Shown: piece by piece, positions 52,553 to 64,000 of the stretch | Numbering within the stretch: position 1 is the stretch's first letter | Layout: each line of letters opens with the position of its first letter | Source: Lingula anatina | Lineage: Eukaryota; Animalia; Brachiopoda | Assembly (NCBI GenBank): GCA_051362555.1 | Contig: CM120642.1 | Span: forward strand, 31,620,001-31,684,000 | Length of the DNA: 64,000 nucleotides | Direction of reading: 5' to 3' | Notes under the pieces: generated by a model | What the model saw: the letters and a program-made list of their open reading frames with translations, nothing else | What the model was told of the DNA's origin: nothing | The model's database searches: none | Made by a program: the position numbers and the translations under genes

Positions 52553-53699
52553 GTTGTTAATTTTTGTTAACTGCAATACAAATGATAAAATAAATATTAA
52601 GCATTGTACAACAGACAGATACTGATAGTGCTGTACGTTATTTAGACATCTGAAAGTAACTGTGTTTCTATTGGTGATTAAGTAGAGACCAGAGATGATA
52701 AAATGTCCCCTAGTGTCAGATTACTTTATTTCAGTTTATGCTAGGTAACCTTGCGGCAGGTAAGGCCTCACCCTGCCTTATGTTTTAAATGCTAGTTGCT
52801 ACAAATATATACATCCTGAAAAAACTTTGTCATCTGCTGCTTGCCCTTTGTTGAATGTCACTTCTATTTAAAGTATCTCTTTGCTCTTCAAGCACCAATT
52901 TGATAAAGTCTTGCTCTTTTTACATATTCCAGATATCTACGACTGGGTTCCCATACCTAGATCAATCTAACAGGAGCGGTCCATCTCCACAGGGTTTCTC
53001 GCTAAATTGCTTTCAGCGTCAGTGGCTTAGATGTCTAAGACCTACTAAGGCTGCTAAACGATAGTTAATTATCCCACATCAGCTTAAAGTAGGTGTGACA
53101 GGCATCTAGGCCACTTAAGTTAATTGCAATTAAGTGAGAATCCCCTTGGAGATAGTCTCTGGGAATGGTCTCTGCTGCATTCTACATGTGATAGTCATCA
53201 GTATAATGGACTTCACAAATGTACACTATATGTATGGTATATATGAAGTTTTGTGTTTATAATATCGCATTTTTTCGGCGGAGAAACAATCAAAATCGGA
53301 CTTTTGGATTCAAAACTTTCTTAGTAGCCCCCCCCCCCCCCCCCCCCATAATTTGGAGTGGGGCAAGTAGATTTTCAGACCTTATTGCTGCCGAGCAAAT
53401 ACCTAAAATAGTTTATATCAAGCCCTGATGTATACAAGGTTTTGGAGATCTAGGCAACGTGTAAAATTAAAAAAAAATATATATATATTAGTTTTATTTT
53501 TTAATGTTAGTAAAAAGCATCCAGCGAGCATATCCATCGCGTTGCAAGATCTCTCATTTTTTGCTCTCTTTTTTCTCCTCAAGTCACATACTGCTGCGGT
53601 GTTAGAAGTCTACTGATAGCCGCTTCAACCAGTTACCTATGTGAGACGCTTTTTCACATGCAGGGGTAATCCCAGAGAGCCGCGTCACATAATAAGGGC

Positions 53700-53908
53700 G
53701 CTGACATCTTGGATAATGTTCGAGTATTTCCGTGGGTTTTAAATAAGCATTTGGATTCTTATCATATTGTATTTTTACTTTAAAATACAATTAACGTATA
53801 ACAATCCAATAAGATTGAAGAATAAATGTGAAATAGCTGCTGTGTGCTTACTGATAAAAAATCCATAATTTACGGAAAAGACCGAAGTCAGTCTCAATAG
53901 AAAACAGC
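53700..53908. promoter_or_regulatory. Probable bidirectional promoter between MTIF3 and FIP1L1
   Basis: A minus-strand donor at 53636 (MTIF3 5' UTR exon) and the FIP1L1 ATG at 53909 are under 300 bp apart. Inferred from gene layout. Confidence 0.5.
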
Positions 53909-54225
53909 ATGGCGGCCGCTGAAGTAACGAAACCGCCGAGTGAAGACGATGAAGCGTGGCTTTATGGAGGTACACAGATACACAAATTGTGCACTTACAT
54001 TAAATTATAGCTTTGACAAAGAGCGATTATCGAAACAAACTTTACAAGGAATAAATTTGCCCAAGACCCGAAATCAAATATGTTTCAATTACCGTACCAC
54101 ATAACGCACCAAGTTGGACAAATGCTTTTGCATTATACTATAGCCTGAAGTATGGTGTATCTATAGCTTGTCGGCATTGTTGCTGTTTAATGCTATCTAG
54201 TTGTAACTTCTGGTGATCGGTTTTT

Positions 54226-54275
<50 letters not shown>

Positions 54276-57200
54276 CCAAGGTAAAAGATGGCTTTTTACT
54301 AATCAGTGCAACTCTTGTGTTCTTGTTTATTTTGAAGTACTATGCTGTCATTTTTTAAAATGTGTTAACTGGTCAGTTGCACAGGAATGGGACGTGATAT
54401 AACTTTAAATTATAAATGTCTGGGCATCAATTTCAGATGCAGATCAGAAGAAAGCAACAGATACAGGGGCGGCTGGTGATGATGCTCCAGCGTCCAGTCT
54501 GTCAGTAGAAGCTGAACCTTTTCAGCCAAAGAAAACAGATGACAAAGAAGCAGGAGAGCTGGTAATATAACGTCACTACTTTTAGCACAGTAAAAATAAT
54601 GCAGGAGAACTGAGCTTAGTTGTAGATTTGACCACATATTGAAAAGTCATCCAAGATAGCCTAAAACAAAACTGTTGACACTGCATGAGATCATATCATA
54701 TAATGAGATTAGAAAATGTGAAAATCCAGATGAGGTGGGCTTAAGCTTTAAGTAAAGGGTGAAACTCCATACAACATGAATTATATCTCACAATACAATT
54801 ACAAACTAACATACAAAACATGACGAATTTGTACTTTTGGGAAAAATACTGATTCCATAGGACTAAGAGAAAATAATCAGAAGAAAATATTGGGTAGATT
54901 TTGTCAACTTTTAATTATTGCTGCACTGCACTAGTTAGTCTGCCATTATTTCTAACTCCTCTCTCTTCTGAATCCTTGGATATCTGGCTTGATTTTACCC
55001 TAAGTTGAGAGACTTATAGCTATTTCAGATGATTACCATTACAATTGATAAATACCATTGATTACTGTTAGTTTCTATTTTAATTAGCTTCAATCAACAC
55101 ATCAGTTTTGTTGTTTACAACAAGACAGTGACAAATGCTACCTTTTGAGATGGATTGTTTTATTTTGTCATAATATTTGTTGTTTATGTATTTAAGGATA
55201 GGGTTAGGAGCACATTGTTTTCCCATTTTGTTTTCATGAAAGTTGCATCTTTATATAGAGTTTTTCTCCATTTTCAATGCTATAGTCCAGTTTTTACTAT
55301 GATGTAACATTCTGAACTGTGGTGGTGCTTGATTGCAGAGTGGAGAGGAGGAGGCTGCCAAAGATGAAGACGATGACGATGACTCAGATGATGATGTACA
55401 AGTTACGATAGGAGATATAAAAACTGGAGCGGCCGCATACGAGTATGTGTGCAATCTTTTTAATCGTAAAAATATGCATTGATTCTTTTGACCAAGTTGG
55501 CAATTTTTGACTTTAATTTCATTCCTGAAACCTAATCTGACCAAAGCATGAAATATGACACCATTTGCCATTATTTACTAATTAATCTGTAATTAAACCA
55601 ATTAATTTAATCTGGTAAATGAGCACATGGTAATGACCTTTTACTAATAATTTGTAAAATCCCTTAATTTTATGTACTTTCCATATTATACTTCATAGTT
55701 TGTTTACTTACTAATTCATCAGCATCAGTGTTAAATCAGCTAGAAAAGAAAAAGCAAAGAAAAATTGACTCATTTAGTAAGAATTTTAAGCTGATTTTAT
55801 TTTAACAAAAAGGTTTTGACCTGAAATGTTTCTCCCTTTAATTTGTACTCACAAATTTGTATTATTTCCAGGGCAGCACCTAGGAATTTATTCAAGGCAA
55901 CAGCTTATGCAAAGTCAGGGCCAGCAAGTATGTTGAATTTTACTTTTTTGTTTGTTCATTTTTAGCAATTAAAGTAGATAAGTAGATTTCTTGTTAGTGA
56001 GGGACAGAATAAAGCTGATTAAAAATGAGTTGTTTGTGACTGGCGTCTGTGATGAATTGTTTGGATAATACAATGTAACATGGTCAGAACATGGCATAAC
56101 AACAAACAGTGACATAAATCATATATTAAAGAAAAATTCAACATATAACACATGTGCTAATTAACACCCCATTTAGATAAAAATAGATAATTCAAGAAAA
56201 TAATACTTTTTACCTATACCTGTGTGAATGTTGACCTACTCCAGTGTGAATGTTGACCTATGTCAGTGTTGACTTTACCTGGGGGAATGTTGACCAGTGC
56301 CTGTGTGAATGTTGAAATACACCCACATGAATGTTGACCTTTACCTGTGGGAATGTTGACCTGTGTCTGTGTGAATGTTGACCTCTACCTCAGGGAATGT
56401 TGGCCTGTATCTGTGTGTTTGTTGACCTCTACCTCAGGGAATGTTGACCTGTATCTGTGTGTTTGTTGACCTTTACCTCAGGGAATGTTGACCTGTATCT
56501 GTGTGTTTGTTGACCTTTACCTGTGGGAATGTTGACCTGTGTCTGTGTGAATGTTGACCTTTACCTCAGGGAATGTTGACCTGTATCTGTGTGTTTCAGG
56601 TGGAGTCAAGGCACCTGCTAAAGGTGTAGATGTGGAAGCCCAGGGGACAATTAATGGGGTATCTACACTAGAGTTTGATATTGACTCTTTAAAGAATGAA
56701 GAAAAACCATGGAGGAAGCCAGGTTGGTCACCATTATATTGAAAACTTAGTTTGAAAAGATAATGTGAATAAGTGATAGAAATAAATAAATAATGAGAAT
56801 AAAAACAGATTAAATAAAGGAGGTGCACGAGTGGTCATTTGTAGTGAAATATTTTTTAAGTACCAGTCAGTGGCACTTTGTTAATTGTCAACATTTGAAA
56901 TGAAATATTATCCATCTGGTAAATGAGCAGATAGTTATGACCTTTTACCACTGATTTGTGAAATCCCTTAATTGTATGAAGAGATAGTTCCATATTATAC
57001 CTCATAGTTTGTTAGTGTGTCCTTAATCTTATGAGTGAGCTGTGTGTTGTGTCTCACATAGAGATTTCAAGTTAATGTTGGCAAACTATAATATTTTCCT
57101 AGGTGCTGATGTGACAGACTATTTCAACTATGGTTTCAATGAAGACACATGGATGCAGTACTGTGAAAAGCAGAGGAGGATGAGGTTGGAGAGCGGGGCC

Positions 57201-59684
57201 AACAAAGTCTTTGTAATTATATGCTTTTTTCATAACTCTTTCCCCCATCTGCATGGGTGACAGTTTTCAGGAATATGCCTGATTTCAGGATTTTCAGTCT
57301 TTATTTTGATCATCTTTTCATGTGGTCTAAATACGATGAGAAATTGCAAGATAGGTTTACAGGATTTTAAGTTTTTTCAACTTTCACCCATGCACATAAG
57401 ACACGTCAACAGCCTGCAGCAATAAAACTTTTTAAAATTAAGGCCAGCATGGAGATTTTTTTGGCAAATGCTAAAGTTGGTCAAATATGGTTCAATGCGT
57501 AGTGTACTTGATGAGATTTTTTTCTCAATTTATCAAAAATTTGGTAAACATATTTATTATATGTAAAAAAAAGATTTGCTTTTGAATGAGACACTGGAAA
57601 ACATTGTTGATAGATTTTTTGGATGAACAAGATCACTAACATTGCTAACATCAAAATAAACTTTTTGTTGCTATTATTGTTATCATGATTATAAATACTA
57701 AGCTCCCTGTATTGTATGAAAATTGTACACTATTTTGATAGATGAAGAGATAGTTGTAGATATTGATACATTCAAAAGTAATCCTTATTCTTACTGTAAC
57801 AAAATTATTGCCTGTGAACTAATACTTACCTCAAGCTACCAGGTATATAAGTGATAACTTTGTTCCCTGTTATGTCAGGTTCATCATGGACAAGGAGCCC
57901 AGGGAGCCCCGCCTAAACCAGATACCACACCCAAAACACAGGGGAACAGTAAGTACATCTGGCAATAGAAACTGATACTCTCAAGAATCTGTACTTAGTG
58001 ACTTTTGTTAGTGGTTCAGCAAATTGTCTGGAAATCAAGTTTTTTTTTTTTCAAATTCAGTTTGTATAACATGAACTTTAAATTGATGCCTGTAATATCT
58101 TTTCCTTTGTATATATTATAATATTTTAAAATAGATTTCCTTCGTTTATCATTATTAAACATCTCTTCCTCAGTTCTTGTCCTGTCAAGCACGTCACCAG
58201 CTCGTAACTACAAAGCAGGCCCGCCTCCACAGCGGAAAGTCTCTGGAACAATAGATGTGATTGGTGGCTCAGCACAGTCTTCACGGCGAGTTGACAGCGA
58301 GCCCCACCCTCCTGGCTTACCATCAGATGGTCTAATGAACCCAGATTTGTGAGTTTAAAATGAAATAATGTAGTTGAATGTATATGACAAATAGTGACAT
58401 AAGTTTGTTAGTATTATACTTCGGTTATGTTTTTATTTTCTTTTTCTTTTTTTGATTATGACAGCCCTGTGTTTCCAACAAAATTGATATGGAAATGTTT
58501 TGTCCTCCATAATTTTTGTATATTAAATTATTCCATTTGAGCAAAGGAGACTTAGATGTCTTGCTCTCTCTGTATCATTCTGATAACAAAAGGGTTTATT
58601 GGCTTATTGCTAGTGCATAAGTTACAACAAATATAAATTTTAATTAATAAATTGTCTCTGCCTTTTTAACATGGACAAATACCTGTAATAATAGCCATAT
58701 TCTCAGAGACATTATCGTATTCATTTTATATTTTAGTAAAAAACCATACCCCCAGCCAGTGCCGCCCCCTGGTGTGGCACCCAGCATGCAGCCTGTCCCA
58801 CAACACGAGTATCCAGTACCCCCTCCAGGAATGCCACCCCCGGGGATGCCGCCCCCAGGGATGCCCCCACCACCTGGTAGGTATACAGAAAGGTAATGGG
58901 AATTGCCTAAAATAATGGCTATATGGGTGATGTTATATGAGACTAGAAAATGTGTGAGAATGGGATTGACGTCTTAGGAAGCAATACAGATGTGACCTGC
59001 AAAAGATGGTGAATTTGTACCATTGCAATGGATATATAGTAATGGCAGATCACCTGAAGTCTTTGTTTCACCTTTCTCTCCCAAAGTATAATCTGATCTG
59101 TTGACACCTGACAGGTGTTAGCAATACCTTAGGGCAGTGGGAAGATAGTGGTCGTAGTTTGAATTTGATTACAACTGTTAAAAGTATATTTTGAAGGGAT
59201 TTCTAGCCTTTGGCAATTTCCGTAAAGTTTGGCATGTGTGATGGATATCATATACTGTCAATAACACTATAGCCGATAGTCAGGCTTAATGGCTTAGTAG
59301 ATAACGTCTTTGGCTGCCAGTGCCCAGTGCTGCCCAATGGAATGTCAATAGTAGGGTTGACTTTTTTGTATTGCAAGATTACAACGTATAAGCTTCACAT
59401 TCAGCATGAATTTTGTATTTTTCAAAATTATTGTTAGACTTATGTTAGTCAAATAAAATGAAATCACCATTTCGTATGTTTGTTTTGACTTTAAAAGACA
59501 CTACATAGTAACTTTTGATAAACAAACTGAATTATTTCAGTGTTGTTTCCCCTGTTTTGTTCCAGGTGTGCCACCCCCAGGAGTTCCTCCCCCAGGATAT
59601 GGACCCCCTCCCAGTAAGTTACTTAACTATGTCTATTGCCCCCCCCCCCCCTACACCCCAATGCATGTTCTCTCTCTCTTTCTT

Positions 59685-59738
<54 letters not shown>

Positions 59739-62700
59739 TTGACTTTTGAATTGTGTGTCCTTTCCTATTCTAGCCACTTACCTTGATGTCCCAATACGCA
59801 GGTGCAATACGTCTACGTTTTTATCTTTTTTATTTGATTTATCTCATTTATTCAGTATTTTTCAGTAGTTTCTTTTTTGAAATAAGGGTAAGAGTTCTAA
59901 TGAAAAGGAAAAATTTTTATATTAATACAGAAGGTTAAGTTATTGTGTACTTGTGATTCAGGTTTTTACCCCCCGCCAGGCGCTGGACCACCCCCTCCAG
60001 ACAGGTAAGACATTACTTCACAGAGCTATAGTTTACTGTTTGTAAAGCTGTGTTATCAAAATTTATAAAAAGTGAACAGGTTAACACGCTTGTTCTTGTT
60101 TCCAGCTTACTCATATAATAACCAGCTTTTCTGTATACTACTCAGTGCAAGGAGGAGGTGTGTTAATCTGTTAACCTGATTGCATTCAGCGAGAGTTCCT
60201 CTGGGGTTAGAGGGCAGTAGCTAGTATGATAGATTTTTTGTGAACACACCATAAATTTCAGTCTTATCTGGTCGAATGACCATAATGTGTTTCAAAAATG
60301 TAGTTTCAAAGTAAGTGATTCTCACCAACAAAAACTGCTTATTTGTGGTCTTGGCACCATGAACAACATGCCTGAAAATCATCGTTCTCTTTTCAGGGGC
60401 CCACCCCCAGGGTTTGAAGACAGACCCCCATATGGTTATGAAGGTCCTCCGCCCTCTTTCTCACCTTATTCTGGTGGACCTCCCCCTCATCCTGGTGGAC
60501 CACCCCCTAATTGGGACCCCAGGCCAGGGGGTGGATACCCCTCCAACCAGCCACCCCCCTGGGAGTACAATAGAGACCGAAGTCCAGCACGCTCTGATTC
60601 TTATTATGACAGCAGGTAGGAGACAGTAGTATATCACCTGAGAGAGAGGGGGGGGGGGGGGATGGGTAGCTGGAATAGTTTGTTTGTCCTGCCTCTCTGT
60701 CTGTCTGTCTATTTATGTGTGTGTCTCCGTCTTTTGTCATCATTGCTGAAATAGGATGGTCTGTCCTTCTGTCTGTTTGCCTGTCGGTGTGTTTAACCTG
60801 ACTGACAGTTATACTGTTTTGAAATCCCTGATTGATGGACATATATTGTGTCTGACCCCCCCCCCCCCTCCTCCTTCGTTAAATTTTATTTATGATTCAT
60901 TTTATTATCAGCTTTTGGATGGAGAGATCATACTGCGTTTATCCACCAAATTTGATATCTTATCTTAGAACAAGTTGAAAATGTATCCACAATGCAAGTG
61001 CATAGGATGGAAATGAATTTTTTGACATTAGAATATTTTCCATGTGTCATTTTAGAAACCTCTTGTGGAACTTCCAAAAGCATCAAAACCTTGCAGTCAT
61101 GTAACAAAATATTTGAATGGGTAACAGCTGTCAGTGCTGACAGTATTGAAAAAGTGGAACATAACAACATGTGCTGGTGGAAAAAGGTCTATGAAACACA
61201 AACCTTGAAAATAGTGCATTGCTGATACATTTTTGTTTGTGCCCCTTTGAGCTAAAAATACCCGCTTGTATATACAAGTGAGTTATTATAGCAACTTTTT
61301 CTGCTGCCACTTTCCAAGAAAACATGGTTAATATGTCCTTCCTATTGAAATTGTTTTTCACAAATGAGAAACTGTTGATAATAAATCTTACTGTAATTGC
61401 ATCTGACATTTTAGTATTTAGGAACTTGAAATTTGACCTCCCGTCAATATAGGCCCCCCTTGATGATGTTAGGGTTAAATTTAGAAGACAGTGGCTAAAT
61501 ATAGCAGTGCTTTTTATATTTGAGGTGTCTCTATGAGTTTCTAGTTCACAAGAGGTGTCTACATATCTGTAAGATTCTTTTGAATAGGTTTATCAATAGG
61601 AACATTGTCATGTTACAGTGATAATAATTAATGAAAAAATGAGAAAATGATAGTCAAAATATTGTTCCCAGTTTATGTTACAATATACTTTGATCCATAG
61701 TTGTATAAATATTTACAATAGCAAAATTAATTGTTTATGCAGTAAAGTTTTTAATTTCTTTTAATTTAATTTAGTTTTTTTTTTTTTTCATTTGTAAATA
61801 CCTACCATGTTAAGACTTTTCACCACTCAAGGACAGCAGAGCAAAAAGTCAGTTCTGGCAGCAAACTTAGATATTCTCACAGTTCTTCAGTTATTTGCAA
61901 CATTTTGCTACTTAGTTTTAACTTGTAATTAAATTTTAGCTGAGTAAAATTTAAAAGTGCAGCCTCAGTCAAAGCCGCTTTATTTGACCCAAAACAATTA
62001 ACTTTCTGAATGTGCACTAATAAGATATTGTTGGGATTATCCAACACAAGTTGTGTGCCAGTGTTAGTATAGGACAAAGTACAATTAGTCACAATTAACT
62101 TTGATATATGTGTGAGCTGTAATGTAAAAAGAGATGGAAGTCTGTCGGCAGAGAGTATGGTTATTTACATCCCCAGGTCATTGCAGGACAGGTCTGATGC
62201 TCGTTTGAATACAAACAGTCGGGGTTCGTTGGCGCTGGGGCATTTTTAGCAACAAATCTGTCACCGTTGATGTCTTGATTTTGAAAATTCACAGATTTTT
62301 AATAAAGAGGTGTTTCTGTGCATTTCTGCTCTGTGCATGTCTAATTCAGTTTTTTAATGGTCATTTGTAACATTGTTTATATATGTATAAAAACTACTGG
62401 CATTAACTGTTCATGGCTTAGTTTGTTTGATGTACAGGCCCGTAGCCAGCAGTTCTAGAAATTCTTTTTCTGAAAAAATGGATCTTTTTCCATGAAACTT
62501 TTGTGTACCTAGAAAAAAAGGCAATTCGTTTGAACCTCCTGATCCCTTGGATAAAGACCTTAAATATTTCCATGGCATGTAGAGTTATATGTTGAAACAA
62601 TTGTTTTTATTTTTGTGTTAAAGTACATCCTTAAATGATTTTAAGATAACTTTTTTCCAATTATAAGGCCACAAATCAGTTTACTGTTAAAAATATTAAA

Positions 62701-63060
62701 CAAAACAAACAAATTGGCACATGTGCAACAAATAGACTTTTTTTTTCAAAGAATAAATGTAAGAAAGGATTTCATTAAAAATGTACTCTTTTCCTAATGC
62801 TACTTACCGTGTCATGCTTGATGGCATGTGCTATTCTTAACGAGTTCCTTTTTATGGACAATGTTTTTTCGTCGAGGTGAAAGAAAGACCTGGGGGACTT
62901 TTTGAACTTCATTTTCCTCCTCTTTTGGATCAGCTCATTAGGCTTCTAGGCCCCGCCAAGCTTCATGACCTTAATCATGGCCTCAAGTGTGTGGTACAGT
63001 TGAAAAATATTCAGGTTCATTTTATGGAATTTACCAATAGTGAAGAACTTTTTTGGGTGC

Positions 63061-63094
<34 letters not shown>

Positions 63095-63676
63095 TTTTTC
63101 ATATGCTGGAGAAGTGATATTAGAATATATTGCTGAATAGGCTAATAACTAGATAAACAGCCTGAGTACCCAGACCTCCACCAAGGCAGAATATTTTTCT
63201 AATTAATATACTTTATTGATATATCAAGTTATGGATCACCACTAAAATCAGTTCTTAGTTATCCCATTTCCGACTAAACCTCAAAATTTTATTCAAAACC
63301 GTTTTTTAACTTTTTGAGTTGGACTGTTTAAAATTAACAAACCAAGCAACTGAGCCAAACATGACATCTCATGCAGGCAAGGGTAGTAATCATCCTACTC
63401 TCCTTACATAATATTTAGTGAAAAAGAATTTCAATCTCTTTTTGCTACTTGTGCTCACTGTTGGCCTCCTGCATTATTCACTAGTGTGTGGAGAATGGGC
63501 AGTTCACTTAATTCATTAGTTACCATGACATATTTTTCTCATTCACGTTTTTCCAATTCATTGTTACTGAAGCCTTGTTTCCATTTGTTTTATTTATTTT
63601 CATGTTATTTTTTTAAGTGATTAGAGCAATTGAATATTTCAGTCAGCCTTAATACTCATGTATGTGTAATTTTTTC

Positions 63677-63708
<32 letters not shown>

Positions 63709-63828
63709 CATTATTATTATTACTTTCAGTTCAGACAGTGAGGGAGAGAGGAGCAGCAGCAGGTTTAACAGTAGTGGTGGGAGTGGTACCAGAGACAGGA
63801 GCAGGGATTCCTATGAAAGGGATTCAAG
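53909..63828 (+). CDS. FIP1L1: Pre-mRNA 3'-end-processing factor FIP1 (continues beyond the window)
   Basis: Exons ~53909-53969, 54437-54561, 55339-55442, 55872-55927, 56600-56722, 57103-57212, 57879-57948, 58174-58348, 58736-58876, 59566-59613, 59962-60004, 60397-60614, 63730-63828. Motifs [23 protein letters not shown] and the Fip1 domain [35 protein letters not shown], followed by Pro-rich and RD/RS-rich regions. Confidence 0.93.
56215..56597. repeat. 44-bp (2x22) minisatellite ending at a FIP1L1 3' splice site
   Basis: gttgacct-ttacctcagggaat-gttgacct-gtatctgtgtgttt repeated; about 17 degenerate 22-bp subunits. The last unit runs into the ttcag acceptor at 56599. Confidence 0.9.
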
Positions 63829-64000
63829 GTCTGTGCACTGCATGCTTTCTCAAAGATAGTGATACTCTTGACAGGATTTTTGGAACCAAATCTAATTTAC
63901 CATGAGAAACAATTTTTTTTTTTTTTTTTTTTTTTTTGGGGGGGGGGGGGGGGGGAGTGCGCCTGAATCATTGCTTCACCATCCCTGCACTTGGGTTAGT

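Noticed and set aside
56045-56120. GTGATGA box C suggesting a C/D snoRNA
   Set aside because: No CTGA box D or terminal stem at a suitable distance.
56215-56597. CRISPR-like regular repeat array
   Set aside because: The spacers are themselves repeated, the context is a eukaryotic intron and there are no cas genes; it is a minisatellite.
60968-61225. Possible alternative or poison exon in the long FIP1L1 intron
   Set aside because: Only a weak acceptor and a non-homologous ORF; no supporting evidence from sequence alone.

Overview
AT-rich, intron-rich animal genomic DNA from an invertebrate, plausibly a lophotrochozoan or mollusc; the species cannot be determined from the sequence. Genes were reconstructed by hand by joining exons at phase-compatible splice sites. 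In order: the 3' part of a TRAF2-like gene (+); a ~3-4 kb tandem duplication carrying a collagen-less CTHRC1-domain gene (-) and its pseudogenised twin; a secreted precursor ending in an NPF-like ...RRVRFG peptide (+); a 107-aa single-EGF transmembrane microprotein almost invisible in the ORF track (-); an intron-containing, bacterial-type enolase-superfamily enzyme (cis-3-hydroxy-L-proline dehydratase/HpbD-like, +); tail-to-tail with it, a 33-exon XDH-family molybdo-flavoenzyme (-) whose active site is remodelled towards an aldehyde oxidase and which has two U12-type and three GC-AG introns; a head-to-head C11orf98-like / F-box-LRR pair; and a head-to-head MTIF3 / FIP1L1 pair, with FIP1L1 running off the window. 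Many MITE-like elements, minisatellites and microsatellites are present. No rRNA, tRNA or CRISPR could be supported.
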